Shown piece by piece: positions 42,323 through 50,838 of a stretch of 53,423 bases of DNA; the stretch's first letter is position 1, and each line of letters begins with the position of its first letter. Made by a program: the position numbers and the translations under genes. The notes below the pieces were generated by a model. It did no database searches. It saw nothing but the letters and a program-made list of their open reading frames with translations, and had not been told where the DNA came from. Source of the stretch: Candidatus Spyradocola merdavium (GTDB lineage: Bacteria; Bacillota; Clostridia; Christensenellales; UBA1750); assembly GCA_018711265.1 (NCBI GenBank), contig DVIM01000165.1, positions 1 to 53,423 of the forward strand. Reading direction: 5' to 3'.

Positions 42323-42843
42323 TGCAAACGGGAAAAACGCCCTTTGTTTCCTTCGACTATAAAGAGGCCGCGGTGGAGCGCGAGCGCCTGTCGCAGGCCC
42401 TGGACGGCTATGCCTGCTTGGGCTGGGAGCTGGACCGGCAGGAGGGCGCGGGCGGGCAGATCCGCCTCTTCCTGCGGCGGGACCGGCACATCCTCAACAA
42501 GGCGGAGCTGACGCGGCTGGAGCGGCAGTTCGAGGCCTGTCTGGACGCAATCCGCGCGCTGGAGGCCTCGGTCGCCCAGCGGGCGGCGATGGCCGCGCTG
42601 GCCGTGGGGCTCGCGGGCACGGTCTTTCTTGCGGGCGCGACGTTTGCGGTCACGGCGGCGACGCCGGCCGTCTGGCTCTGCGCGGTGCTCGCCGTCCCCG
42701 GGTTCCTCGGCTGGGGCGGCGCGTATCCGGTGTACCGGCGCGTGCGCACGCTGCGCGCGCGGCAGGTGGAGCCGCTGATCGAGGGCAAGCGCGACGAGAT
42801 CGAGGCGGTCTGCAAAAAGGGCGTCCGGATGCGGAGCGAGTGA
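42319..42843 (+). CDS. Hypothetical 2-TM membrane protein, coupled to the kinase gene
   Basis: ATGA overlap; DGYACLGW, RDRHILNKAELTRLER, two TM helices. Confidence 0.8.
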   Translation: MMQTGKTPFVSFDYKEAAVERERLSQALDGYACLGWELDRQEGAGGQIRLFLRRDRHILNKAELTRLERQFEACLDAIRALEASVAQRAAMAALAVGLAGTVFLAGATFAVTAATPAVWLCAVLAVPGFLGWGGAYPVYRRVRTLRARQVEPLIEGKRDEIEAVCKKGVRMRSE

Positions 42844-42859
42844 AGGGCGGCCCGCGGGC

Positions 42860-42894
42860 AAGGAGAGGGGGAGAGAATCCCCCTCTCCTTTTTT
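42860..42894 (+). terminator. Intrinsic terminator
   Basis: AAGGAGAGGGGGA-gagaa-TCCCCTCTCCTT-TTTT. Confidence 0.8.
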
Positions 42895-43005
42895 GCGCCC
42901 GGCCTATTGCTTTTGCGCGCGCTCTAAACTATACTGAATACATATGCCGTTTGCCGGCCCTCTTTTTTTCCGGACCGGCGGCGAGGGAAGGGAAAGGCGA
43001 CGGAA

Positions 43006-44382
43006 ATGGAAGACCAACAAAAAATTGACCTGTTTGAAAAGCTGCCGGTGCCGCGGGCGGTGATGAAGCTGGCCGTGCCCACCATCCTCAGCTCCCTGGT
43101 CATGGTGCTCTACAACCTGGCGGACACCTACTTTGTCGGGATGCTCAACGACCCCATCCAGAACGCCGGCGTGGCGCTGGCCGCGCCGGTGCTGCTGGCC
43201 TTCAACGCGATCAACAACCTGTTCGGCGTGGGCTCTTCGAGCATGATGAGCCGGGCCCTGGGCCGCAGGGACTACGAGACGGTCTACAAGAGCTCGGCCT
43301 TCGGGTTCTACAGCTCCATCCTGTGCGGGCTGCTGTTTTCGCTGCTGTGCACGGTGTTTGCCGGGCCCCTGCTCGGGCTGCTCGGCGCGGACGAGACCAC
43401 CTACGACGCGACGATGGGCTACATGTTCTGGACGGTGAACCTGGGCGCGATGCCGGCGATCCTGAACGTGGTCATGGCCTACCTCGTGCGCGCGGAGGGC
43501 GCCTCCCTCCACGCGAGCCTGGGCACGATGAGCGGCTGTCTGCTCAACATCGCGCTGGACCCCATCTTCATCCTGCCCTGGGGCTTTGACATGGGCGCGG
43601 CGGGCGCGGGCCTGGCGACGTTCCTGTCCAACTGCGTGGCCTGCCTGTACTTCTTCGTGCTGCTCTACGTCAAGCGCGGGCGCACCTACGTCAGCATCCA
43701 CCCCAAGATGTACCGCTGGAAGAAGGAGATCGTCCTGGGGGTCTTCGGGGTGGGCGTCCCCGCCTCGATCCAGAACCTGCTCAACGTCACCGGCATGACG
43801 GTGCTCAACAACTTCACCGCGGCCTACGGCGCCAACGCGGTCGCGGCCATGGGCATCGCGCAGAAGATCAACCAGGTGCCCATGCAGATCTCCATGGGCG
43901 TGTCCCAGGGCATCATGCCGCTCATCAGCTACAACTACGCCAGCCGCAACGTGTCCCGCATGAAGGGGACGCTGCTCTTTACGGTCAAGATCGCGCTGTC
44001 CTTCATGGTGGTGGTGGCGCTGGGCTACTTCTTCTTCGCGGGTCCGCTGACGGAGATGTTCATGTCCAACCCGGACGTCGTCGCCTATGGCGCGGCGTTC
44101 CTGCGCGGGTTCTGCCTGGGCCTGCCCTTCCTGTGCATGGACTTCATCGCCGTGGGCGTGTTCCAGGCCACGGGCCTGGGGCGCAACGCGCTGATCTTCG
44201 CGATCCTGCGCAAGATCGTGCTGGAGATCCCCGCGCTGTTCGTGCTGAACTGGCTCTTCCCGCTCTATGGACTGGCGTACGCGCAGTTTACGGCGGAGAT
44301 CCTCCTGGCCGTGGCCGCGGTGCTGGTGCTGCGCCGCCTGTTCCGCGACCTGGAGAGAGGGCACGCCCCGGCGGGCGCGTGA
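43006..44382 (+). CDS. MATE family efflux transporter
   Basis: LAVPTI..YNLADTYFVG, RAEG, NIALDPIFI, QGIMPLISYNY. Confidence 0.92.
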   Translation: MEDQQKIDLFEKLPVPRAVMKLAVPTILSSLVMVLYNLADTYFVGMLNDPIQNAGVALAAPVLLAFNAINNLFGVGSSSMMSRALGRRDYETVYKSSAFGFYSSILCGLLFSLLCTVFAGPLLGLLGADETTYDATMGYMFWTVNLGAMPAILNVVMAYLVRAEGASLHASLGTMSGCLLNIALDPIFILPWGFDMGAAGAGLATFLSNCVACLYFFVLLYVKRGRTYVSIHPKMYRWKKEIVLGVFGVGVPASIQNLLNVTGMTVLNNFTAAYGANAVAAMGIAQKINQVPMQISMGVSQGIMPLISYNYASRNVSRMKGTLLFTVKIALSFMVVVALGYFFFAGPLTEMFMSNPDVVAYGAAFLRGFCLGLPFLCMDFIAVGVFQATGLGRNALIFAILRKIVLEIPALFVLNWLFPLYGLAYAQFTAEILLAVAAVLVLRRLFRDLERGHAPAGA

Positions 44383-44531
44383 CCGGACGCTGCTGTTTCG
44401 GAGAATCGCTTCGGCGGTTCTCCTTTTTTGTCCCCGGGGCGGCGCGGCCGTTTTCCCCCGTAGGCAAGCCGGGGCGCCTATGGTATAATGGGGGCGAAAC
44501 GGCAAGCACAAAAATTTGGGAGGACAGAGCG

Positions 44532-45137
44532 ATGGTGCGCAACGTGGTCTTTGACATGGGAAAGGTTCTGCTGGACTTCAATGTCGAGCGCTATCTCCTG
44601 CGCGTGGAGCGGGAGGAGGACCGGCCGCTCGTGCGGCAGGCGCTGTTTGCGAGCGTGGAATGGGTCATGACGGACTATGGGACGATGGACGACGAGGGAC
44701 TGCTCGCCGCGGCGTGCCGCAGGCTCCCGCAGCACCTGCACCCCGCGGCGGAGGAGATCGTGCGCACCTGGTATCGGGACATGCCCGCCTACCCGGGCAT
44801 GGGCGAGGTGATCCGCCGCCTCAAGGACGAGGGTTACCGCCTCTACCTCCTCTCCAACGTGTGCGGGCACTACGACGTCATGCGCCGGAACATCCCGCAT
44901 ATCGAGCGGTTTGACGGCGAGTTCATTTCCTCGGACTGGCATCTGCTCAAGCCCGACCCGGAGATCTTCCGCACGTTCTGCCTGCACTTCGGGCTCAACC
45001 CCGCGCAGTGCTTCTTCATCGACGACCAGCCGGCCAACGTCTTCGGCGCGCTGCGCGCGGGGATGCGCGGCATGGTCTACCACGGGGACCCGGGCGCCAT
45101 CCTCCCGGCGCTGCGCGCGGCGCAGGGCGAGGCGTGA
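44532..45137 (+). CDS. HAD family phosphatase (YihX-like), 201 aa
   Basis: VFDMGKVL, LLSN, KPDPEIF, FIDD. Confidence 0.88.
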   Translation: MVRNVVFDMGKVLLDFNVERYLLRVEREEDRPLVRQALFASVEWVMTDYGTMDDEGLLAAACRRLPQHLHPAAEEIVRTWYRDMPAYPGMGEVIRRLKDEGYRLYLLSNVCGHYDVMRRNIPHIERFDGEFISSDWHLLKPDPEIFRTFCLHFGLNPAQCFFIDDQPANVFGALRAGMRGMVYHGDPGAILPALRAAQGEA

Positions 45138-45937
45138 GCCTCGGGGCGCGCATCGGCGCGGGCCGCACGGCGGAGGTCTTTGCCCTGCCGGGGGAGCGGG
45201 TGTGTAAGCTCTTCTACCCCGGCGTTCCGGCGGAGGCGGTCGAGGCGGAGCTGCGGGGCGCGCGCTGCGCAGACGCGCACGGCCTGGCCGCGCCGCGCTG
45301 CCATGGGCGGATGCGCGCCCTGGGCCGCGAGGGAATCGTCTTTGACCGCGTGCGCGGCCAGAGCCTGCTCGAGCGGATGCTGCGCGGCGGGGACGCGCGC
45401 CGGGCGGCGCGGGACCTTGCGGACCTGCAGCGCGGCATCCTCGCCGCGCGCGCCCGGCCGCAGGACGGCCTGCCCGATGCGCGTGCGCGCCTGGCCGGGC
45501 AGATCGCCCGCGCGCCTCTGGAGGAGGGGCTGCGCTGGGAGGCGCTCGCGCGCGCCCGGTCGCTTCCCGCGGGGGAGGCCCTCTGCCACGGGGATTTGCA
45601 CCCGGACAACGCCGTCTGCCAAGGCGAGCGATTGCTGGCGCTGGACTGGGCGAACCTGGCCCGGGGGGACGCGCGGCTGGACATGGCGCGCACGCTCTTC
45701 CTGCTGGAGGACGCGCCGCTGCCATCCGCCGCGCCCGCGGGGCTGGAGGCGCTCCGCCGGGCGGCGGGGGAGGAATACCTCGCGGCCATGGGCGCCTCCC
45801 GCGGGGCGCTGCGCGCGTTCCTCGCCGCGGTCCTGGCCGCGCGCGCCGGCGAAGCGCCGGAGGAGGCCGCGGCCCTTGCGCCCAGGATCGCCGCGCTGCT
45901 GCAAGACGAAACCGCATTTTCATCGGAAAGAAAATAG
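45134..45937 (+). CDS. APH/choline-kinase-like phosphotransferase, 267 aa
   Basis: IGAGRTAEVF, LCHGDLHPDN, LDW; GTGA overlap with the HAD gene. Confidence 0.85.
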   Translation: MSLGARIGAGRTAEVFALPGERVCKLFYPGVPAEAVEAELRGARCADAHGLAAPRCHGRMRALGREGIVFDRVRGQSLLERMLRGGDARRAARDLADLQRGILAARARPQDGLPDARARLAGQIARAPLEEGLRWEALARARSLPAGEALCHGDLHPDNAVCQGERLLALDWANLARGDARLDMARTLFLLEDAPLPSAAPAGLEALRRAAGEEYLAAMGASRGALRAFLAAVLAARAGEAPEEAAALAPRIAALLQDETAFSSERK

Positions 45938-45949
45938 GAGGAACCCAAG

Positions 45950-47380
45950 ATGAGCGAATTCCAATTTGACATCGCAAAGGGGCCCTTTGCCCCGAACCTG
46001 GACAGCCTGCGCACGTTTTGCTGCCCGGAGTGGTATCGGGACGCCAAGTTCGGCATCTGGTCGCACTGGGGGCCGCAGTCCGTGCCCATGTACGGCGACT
46101 GGTACGCCCGCCACATGTATAAGGAGGGCAGCGAGCAGTACCGCTACCACTGGCGCACCTACGGCCATCCCTCCAAGTTCGGCTACAAGGACCTGGTCCC
46201 GCTCTGGAAGGCGGAGAACTTCGACCCCGAGGGGCTGATGCGGCTCTACGTCGAGGCCGGGGCGCGCTACTTCGTGGGCCAGGCCATGCACCACGACAAC
46301 TTCGACAACTTTGCCAGCAAGCACAACCCCTGGAACTCGGTCAACGTCGGCCCGAAGAAGGACATCTGCCTGCTCTGGAAGCGCGCGGCGGAGAAGTTCG
46401 GCCTGCCGTTTGGCGTATCGGAGCACCTGGGCGCCTCCTACACGTGGATGTCCCTCTCCCACGGCGCGGACAAGACCGGCCCCTACGCGGGCGTGCCCTA
46501 CGACGGCGCGGACCCGAAGAACGCCTCCCTCTACCGCGACAACGACAGCGAGCTGCTCGAGCACGGCTGGTATACGCGCAACGAGAAGTACCACCAGGAT
46601 TGGTACCGCCGCATCCGGGACGTGGTGGACACGCTGCAGCCGGAGCTGCTCTACACCGACGGCCCGCTGCCCTTCGGGACCTATGGCGAGCACCTGGTGG
46701 CGCACCTGTACAACGCCAGCGCCGCGCGCCACGGCGGCGCGAGCCAGGCCGTCTACACGCAGAAGGGCACGGACCCCGCGATCTACAAGGTCGGCGTCCT
46801 GGACATCGAGCGCGGCATCTCCGCCGAGATCGCCGAGGACCCCTGGCAGGACGACACCTCCATCGGCGACTGGTTCTACAACGTGCGCGACGTCTACAAG
46901 ACCGCGGAGGACATCGTCGACACCCTCGTGGACGTGGTCGCCAAGAACGGCAACCTGCTGGTCAACGTCACCCAGCGGCCGGACGGCACCATCGACGACG
47001 AGTGCCTCTACGCCCTGAAGAAGATCGGTGCCTGGATGCGCGACAACGGCGAGGGCATCTACGCCACGCGCCCCTATGTCAAGATGGGCGAGGGCGAGTC
47101 CAAGCTCGCCGCCGGCGCCTTCCAGGAGGGCGCGGCCGCCTGGACGGGCGAGGACTACCGCTTCACCCGCAGCAAGGACGGCAGCACGGTCTTCGCCTTC
47201 CGCATGCGCGAGGGCCGGACGCGCATCGTCTCCCTGGGCCGGGTGTACGAGCGGCCCGTGCGCCAGGTCTCGGTCTACGGCCAGCCGGTCCCCTTTGTGC
47301 AGAAGGACGGCTGCCTGGACGTCTCCGCGCCGGAGAACCGCCACCCCGGCATGCCCCAGTGCATCCGCGTGGACTTCTGA
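45950..47380 (+). CDS. Alpha-L-fucosidase family protein (GH29), no signal peptide
   Basis: WYRDAKFGIWSHWG, AGARYFV..HHDNF, WNSVNVGPKKD, DVVAKNGNLLVN. Confidence 0.9.
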   Translation: MSEFQFDIAKGPFAPNLDSLRTFCCPEWYRDAKFGIWSHWGPQSVPMYGDWYARHMYKEGSEQYRYHWRTYGHPSKFGYKDLVPLWKAENFDPEGLMRLYVEAGARYFVGQAMHHDNFDNFASKHNPWNSVNVGPKKDICLLWKRAAEKFGLPFGVSEHLGASYTWMSLSHGADKTGPYAGVPYDGADPKNASLYRDNDSELLEHGWYTRNEKYHQDWYRRIRDVVDTLQPELLYTDGPLPFGTYGEHLVAHLYNASAARHGGASQAVYTQKGTDPAIYKVGVLDIERGISAEIAEDPWQDDTSIGDWFYNVRDVYKTAEDIVDTLVDVVAKNGNLLVNVTQRPDGTIDDECLYALKKIGAWMRDNGEGIYATRPYVKMGEGESKLAAGAFQEGAAAWTGEDYRFTRSKDGSTVFAFRMREGRTRIVSLGRVYERPVRQVSVYGQPVPFVQKDGCLDVSAPENRHPGMPQCIRVDF

Positions 47381-47416
47381 CCCGCAAAGGGAGAAAAATC
47401 GGGAGGCGATGTTTCC

Positions 47417-48343
47417 ATGACGCCCAAGCAGCGCATGATCACCGCGCTGGAGCGCGGCATTCCCGACCGCGTGCCCACGTTTGAGCTCGAGTTTCAGCTC
47501 GCGCCGGAGCTCATCGGCAAGGACTTCTGCGTGGACCGCGACTTCGAGGGCCTGACCGGCAAGGCCCTGGACGACAAGGTCCTCGAAAACGCCAAGGTCC
47601 TGGTGGAGGCCTATACGTTGCTCGAGCACGACGCCATCTGCATCCAGCTCAAGCCCGAGCTCGTCGCCCGCACGGTGGAGGCCATCCACCGCATCGCGGG
47701 GGATACCTTCCTGCTGATGGCCCACGGGGACGGCACCTTCGCCATCCCGGACGGGGACGGGATGTACGAGCTCTCCTACCGCATGGTGGACGAGCCGGAG
47801 TCCGTCAAGGCGCAGGCCGCGCGCATGTGCGACGAGGCCATCGCGCGAAACGACTGGCTGCTGCGCGAGGGGCTCGACGGCTTCATCCTGTGCAGCGACT
47901 ACTGCTTCAACCAGGGGCCCTTCCTCTCGCCCCAGATGTTTGCGGAGTTCATTCAGCCCTATCTTGCGCGCATCATCGCCGCCATCCGCGAAGGGGGCGG
48001 CTACGCCATCAAGCACACGGACGGCAACATCATGCCCATCCTCGACCAGCTCGTCGCGGCAAACCCGCACGCGCTGCACTCCCTGGATCCTATGGCGGGC
48101 GTGGACATCCGCAAGGTCAAGGAGCTCGTCGGGGACAAGGTCGCCCTCTGCGGCAACGTGCACTGCGCCGCCATGCAGACCGGCACCGAGCAGGACGTCA
48201 TCGACTCGGCCACCTACTGCATGACCTGGGGCAAGCCCGGCGGCGGCTACGTCTTTGCCACCTCGAACATCCCCTTCCGCGGCCTGCCGCTGGAGCGGTA
48301 TGAGCTGGCCCTGTCCGTCTGGCGCAGGATGCGCGACTACTGA
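47417..48343 (+). CDS. Uroporphyrinogen decarboxylase / MtaA-CmuA superfamily protein
   Basis: MTPKQR..PDRVP, SDY..GPFLSP.MFAEFIQPY, KHTDGN, LCGNV, GGGYVFATSN. Confidence 0.85.
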   Translation: MTPKQRMITALERGIPDRVPTFELEFQLAPELIGKDFCVDRDFEGLTGKALDDKVLENAKVLVEAYTLLEHDAICIQLKPELVARTVEAIHRIAGDTFLLMAHGDGTFAIPDGDGMYELSYRMVDEPESVKAQAARMCDEAIARNDWLLREGLDGFILCSDYCFNQGPFLSPQMFAEFIQPYLARIIAAIREGGGYAIKHTDGNIMPILDQLVAANPHALHSLDPMAGVDIRKVKELVGDKVALCGNVHCAAMQTGTEQDVIDSATYCMTWGKPGGGYVFATSNIPFRGLPLERYELALSVWRRMRDY

Positions 48344-48382
48344 GAGCAAAAAACAAAAACACGAGAAAGCGAGGGAACGCCC

Positions 48383-49498
48383 ATGTCCATCTTCTTCCTG
48401 GTCCTCGACGGCTGCGCGCCGGAATACTTCACCGCGGAGACGGCGCCGCGCCTGCACCGCCTGGCCGGGGCGCACGGCTTCGTCAAGCGCGTGCAGTGCG
48501 CCATGCCCTCGGTGACCAATGTCAACCACGCCTGCCTGCTGTCCGGAAAGTGGCCGGAGGAGACGGGCATCGCCGGAAACTACGTCTACGACCCCAAGAC
48601 AGGGCGCGAGGGCTTTCTCGAGGAGCGCGGCTACATGCGCGCGCCCACCCTGCTGCAGTGGGCCCGGCGCGCGGGCGGGAAGACCGCCCTGCTCACGGTG
48701 AAGGGCAAGATCCTCGGCGTGTACGGCGAAGGCGCGGACATCGGCCTGAGCGCGGAAAAGCCCGACCCCGCCCTGCTCGAGCGGCTGGGCCTTACGCCGC
48801 CGCCGGACATCCGCAGCGTGGACAGCACGCGCTGGATTCTGGAGGCGGCATACCGGTGCATGGAGGCCGAAAGGCCGGACTTCCTGTATTGCACGACAAA
48901 CGACTGCATCTTCCACCACTTTGCGCCGGGGGCGGCGGAGGCGCGCGAGCAGATCGCCGCGGTCGACGAGTGGGTGTCCCGCCTCCACGACGAGAACCCC
49001 GGTCTGTCCATCTACATCACGGCCGACCACGGCATGAACCAGAAGACGCGCCTGATCAACTTTCAGGCCGTCGCCGAGCGCGCGGGCTTTGCGCTCTACT
49101 GCCTGCCCCCGCTGAAGGACCGCTACATCGAAAACCACGTCTACCAGGAGGGCGGCACGCTCTATGTGTTCCTGAAGGATGCGGCCCGCGCCGCCGAATT
49201 CGTCGACTTCGCCCGCAGCCAGCCGGAGGTGGAACAGGTGCTGACCGCCGCGCAGGCGGCCGCGGCCTATCACCTGCCCGAAGCGGCGATCGGGGACTAC
49301 GTGCTCCTGGCGGCCCCGGGCTGCGCGTTCGCGGAGCTTCCGGGCGAGCGGCTGCACACCGAGGCGTCGCGCACGCATGGCTCGCTGTACGAGCGGGAGA
49401 TCCCGCTGCTGGCCATTCACCCGGCCGCAGGCGCGGAGGCCTACCGCTTCTCGAAGGACGTTGCGGCAATCCTCATGGAGGAACGCACGGATTCCTAG
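48383..49498 (+). CDS. Alkaline phosphatase superfamily protein (phosphonoacetate hydrolase/NPP-like)
   Basis: VLDGC, MPSVTNVNHA (Thr nucleophile), D..FH, ITADHGMN, HGS. Confidence 0.82.
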   Translation: MSIFFLVLDGCAPEYFTAETAPRLHRLAGAHGFVKRVQCAMPSVTNVNHACLLSGKWPEETGIAGNYVYDPKTGREGFLEERGYMRAPTLLQWARRAGGKTALLTVKGKILGVYGEGADIGLSAEKPDPALLERLGLTPPPDIRSVDSTRWILEAAYRCMEAERPDFLYCTTNDCIFHHFAPGAAEAREQIAAVDEWVSRLHDENPGLSIYITADHGMNQKTRLINFQAVAERAGFALYCLPPLKDRYIENHVYQEGGTLYVFLKDAARAAEFVDFARSQPEVEQVLTAAQAAAAYHLPEAAIGDYVLLAAPGCAFAELPGERLHTEASRTHGSLYEREIPLLAIHPAAGAEAYRFSKDVAAILMEERTDS

Positions 49499-49531
49499 GC
49501 AAAAAGCGCGCGGCGGGCGGCGGATTCCCCG

Positions 49532-49560
49532 TTGACCATTCTCCCGCGCGGCGCTATACT
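49532..49560 (+). promoter_or_regulatory. Sigma-A promoter
   Basis: TTGACC-17 nt-TATACT. Confidence 0.7.
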
Positions 49561-49596
49561 GTAAGCAGTTACATTTCACGTGGGGAGGCACGGAAC

Positions 49597-50754
49597 ATGG
49601 AAAAAGTTCGTCTGGGCATCATCGGCGCGGGCAACATGGGCTCGGGCCACATCGGCAACTACAAGAAGGGGCTTCTGCCCGAGATCGAGATCACGGCCGT
49701 GGCCGACCGCCGTCAGGAGCGGCGCGACTGGGCCAAGGCCGAGCTGGGCGATGCGGTCGCCATCTTCTCGGAGGGCAGCGACCTGATCGCCAGCGGCCTT
49801 GTGGACGCCATCCTCATCGCGGTGCCGCACTACCAGCACCCGACGCTCGCCATCGAGGGCTTCCAGCACAACCTGCACGTGCTCTGCGAAAAGCCCGCGG
49901 GCGTCTACACCAAGCAGGTGCGCGAGATGAACGCCGAGGCCGACAAGCACCCGGATTTGGTCTTTGGCATGATGTTCAACCAGCGCACAAACTGCGTCTA
50001 CCGCAAGATCAAGGAGATGATCGACGGCGGGGAGCTGGGCCAGCTCAAGCGCGTCAACTGGATCATCACCGATTGGTACCGCACGCAGTACTACTATGAC
50101 TCCGGCGCCTGGCGCGCCACCTGGGACGGCGAGGGCGGCGGCGTGCTGCTCAACCAGTGCCCGCACCAGCTCGACCTTGTGCAGTGGCTCTGCGGCATGC
50201 CCTGCCGCGTGCGCGCCTTCCTGCACGAGGGCAAGTGGCACGACATCGAGGTCGAGGACGACGTCACCGCCTACCTGGAGTACCCGAACGGCGCAACCGG
50301 CGTCTTCATCACCTCCACCGGCGACGCCCCCGGCACCAACCGCCTGGAGATCAGCGGCGACATGGGCAAGATCGTCTGCGAGAACGACGAAATCTGCTTC
50401 TACAAGAACGAGGTCTCGGACATTGAGTTCTGCAAGACCGCGACCGAGGGCTTTGCCAAGCCCGAGTACCAGTGCATCGAGGTCGACACCGACGGCCGCA
50501 ACCTGCAGCACGTGGAGGTCGTCAACCGCTTCGCCGGCGCGATCCTGCGCGGGGAGGCCCTGGTCGCCAACGGCCGCGAGGGAATCAACGGCCTGACCCT
50601 CTCCAACGCGATGCACCTGTCCTCCTGGCTGGACAAGACCGTGGACATTCCCTTTGACGAGGACCTCTACCTCAGCGAGCTCAACAAGCGCCGCGCCACC
50701 TCCCGCGCAAAGGAGGACAAGGGAATCACCCTCAACACCGAGGGCTCCTACTAA
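49597..50754 (+). CDS. Gfo/Idh/MocA family NAD(P) oxidoreductase, 385 aa
   Basis: GIIGAGNMG, AVPHYQH, LCEKPAG, GGGVLLNQCPHQLD. Confidence 0.92.
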   Translation: MEKVRLGIIGAGNMGSGHIGNYKKGLLPEIEITAVADRRQERRDWAKAELGDAVAIFSEGSDLIASGLVDAILIAVPHYQHPTLAIEGFQHNLHVLCEKPAGVYTKQVREMNAEADKHPDLVFGMMFNQRTNCVYRKIKEMIDGGELGQLKRVNWIITDWYRTQYYYDSGAWRATWDGEGGGVLLNQCPHQLDLVQWLCGMPCRVRAFLHEGKWHDIEVEDDVTAYLEYPNGATGVFITSTGDAPGTNRLEISGDMGKIVCENDEICFYKNEVSDIEFCKTATEGFAKPEYQCIEVDTDGRNLQHVEVVNRFAGAILRGEALVANGREGINGLTLSNAMHLSSWLDKTVDIPFDEDLYLSELNKRRATSRAKEDKGITLNTEGSY

Positions 50755-50838
50755 ACCACAGAGAACCGACCGCCGGTCGGGAATGACGAAAGGGGGACTT
50801 CGGTTCCCCTTTTGCCATCGAGAGGGAGGGAAGACGAG

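Noticed and set aside
36668-42900. Genomic island integrated at tRNA-Leu
   Set aside because: No integrase, no visible duplicate of the tRNA 3' end, and no GC shift.
43006-45937. MATE plus APH as an antibiotic-resistance cassette
   Set aside because: Generic family motifs, host-like GC and no mobile context.
47417-48343. hemE (heme biosynthesis)
   Set aside because: Lacks the HemE WxMRQAGR signature and has no hem neighbours.
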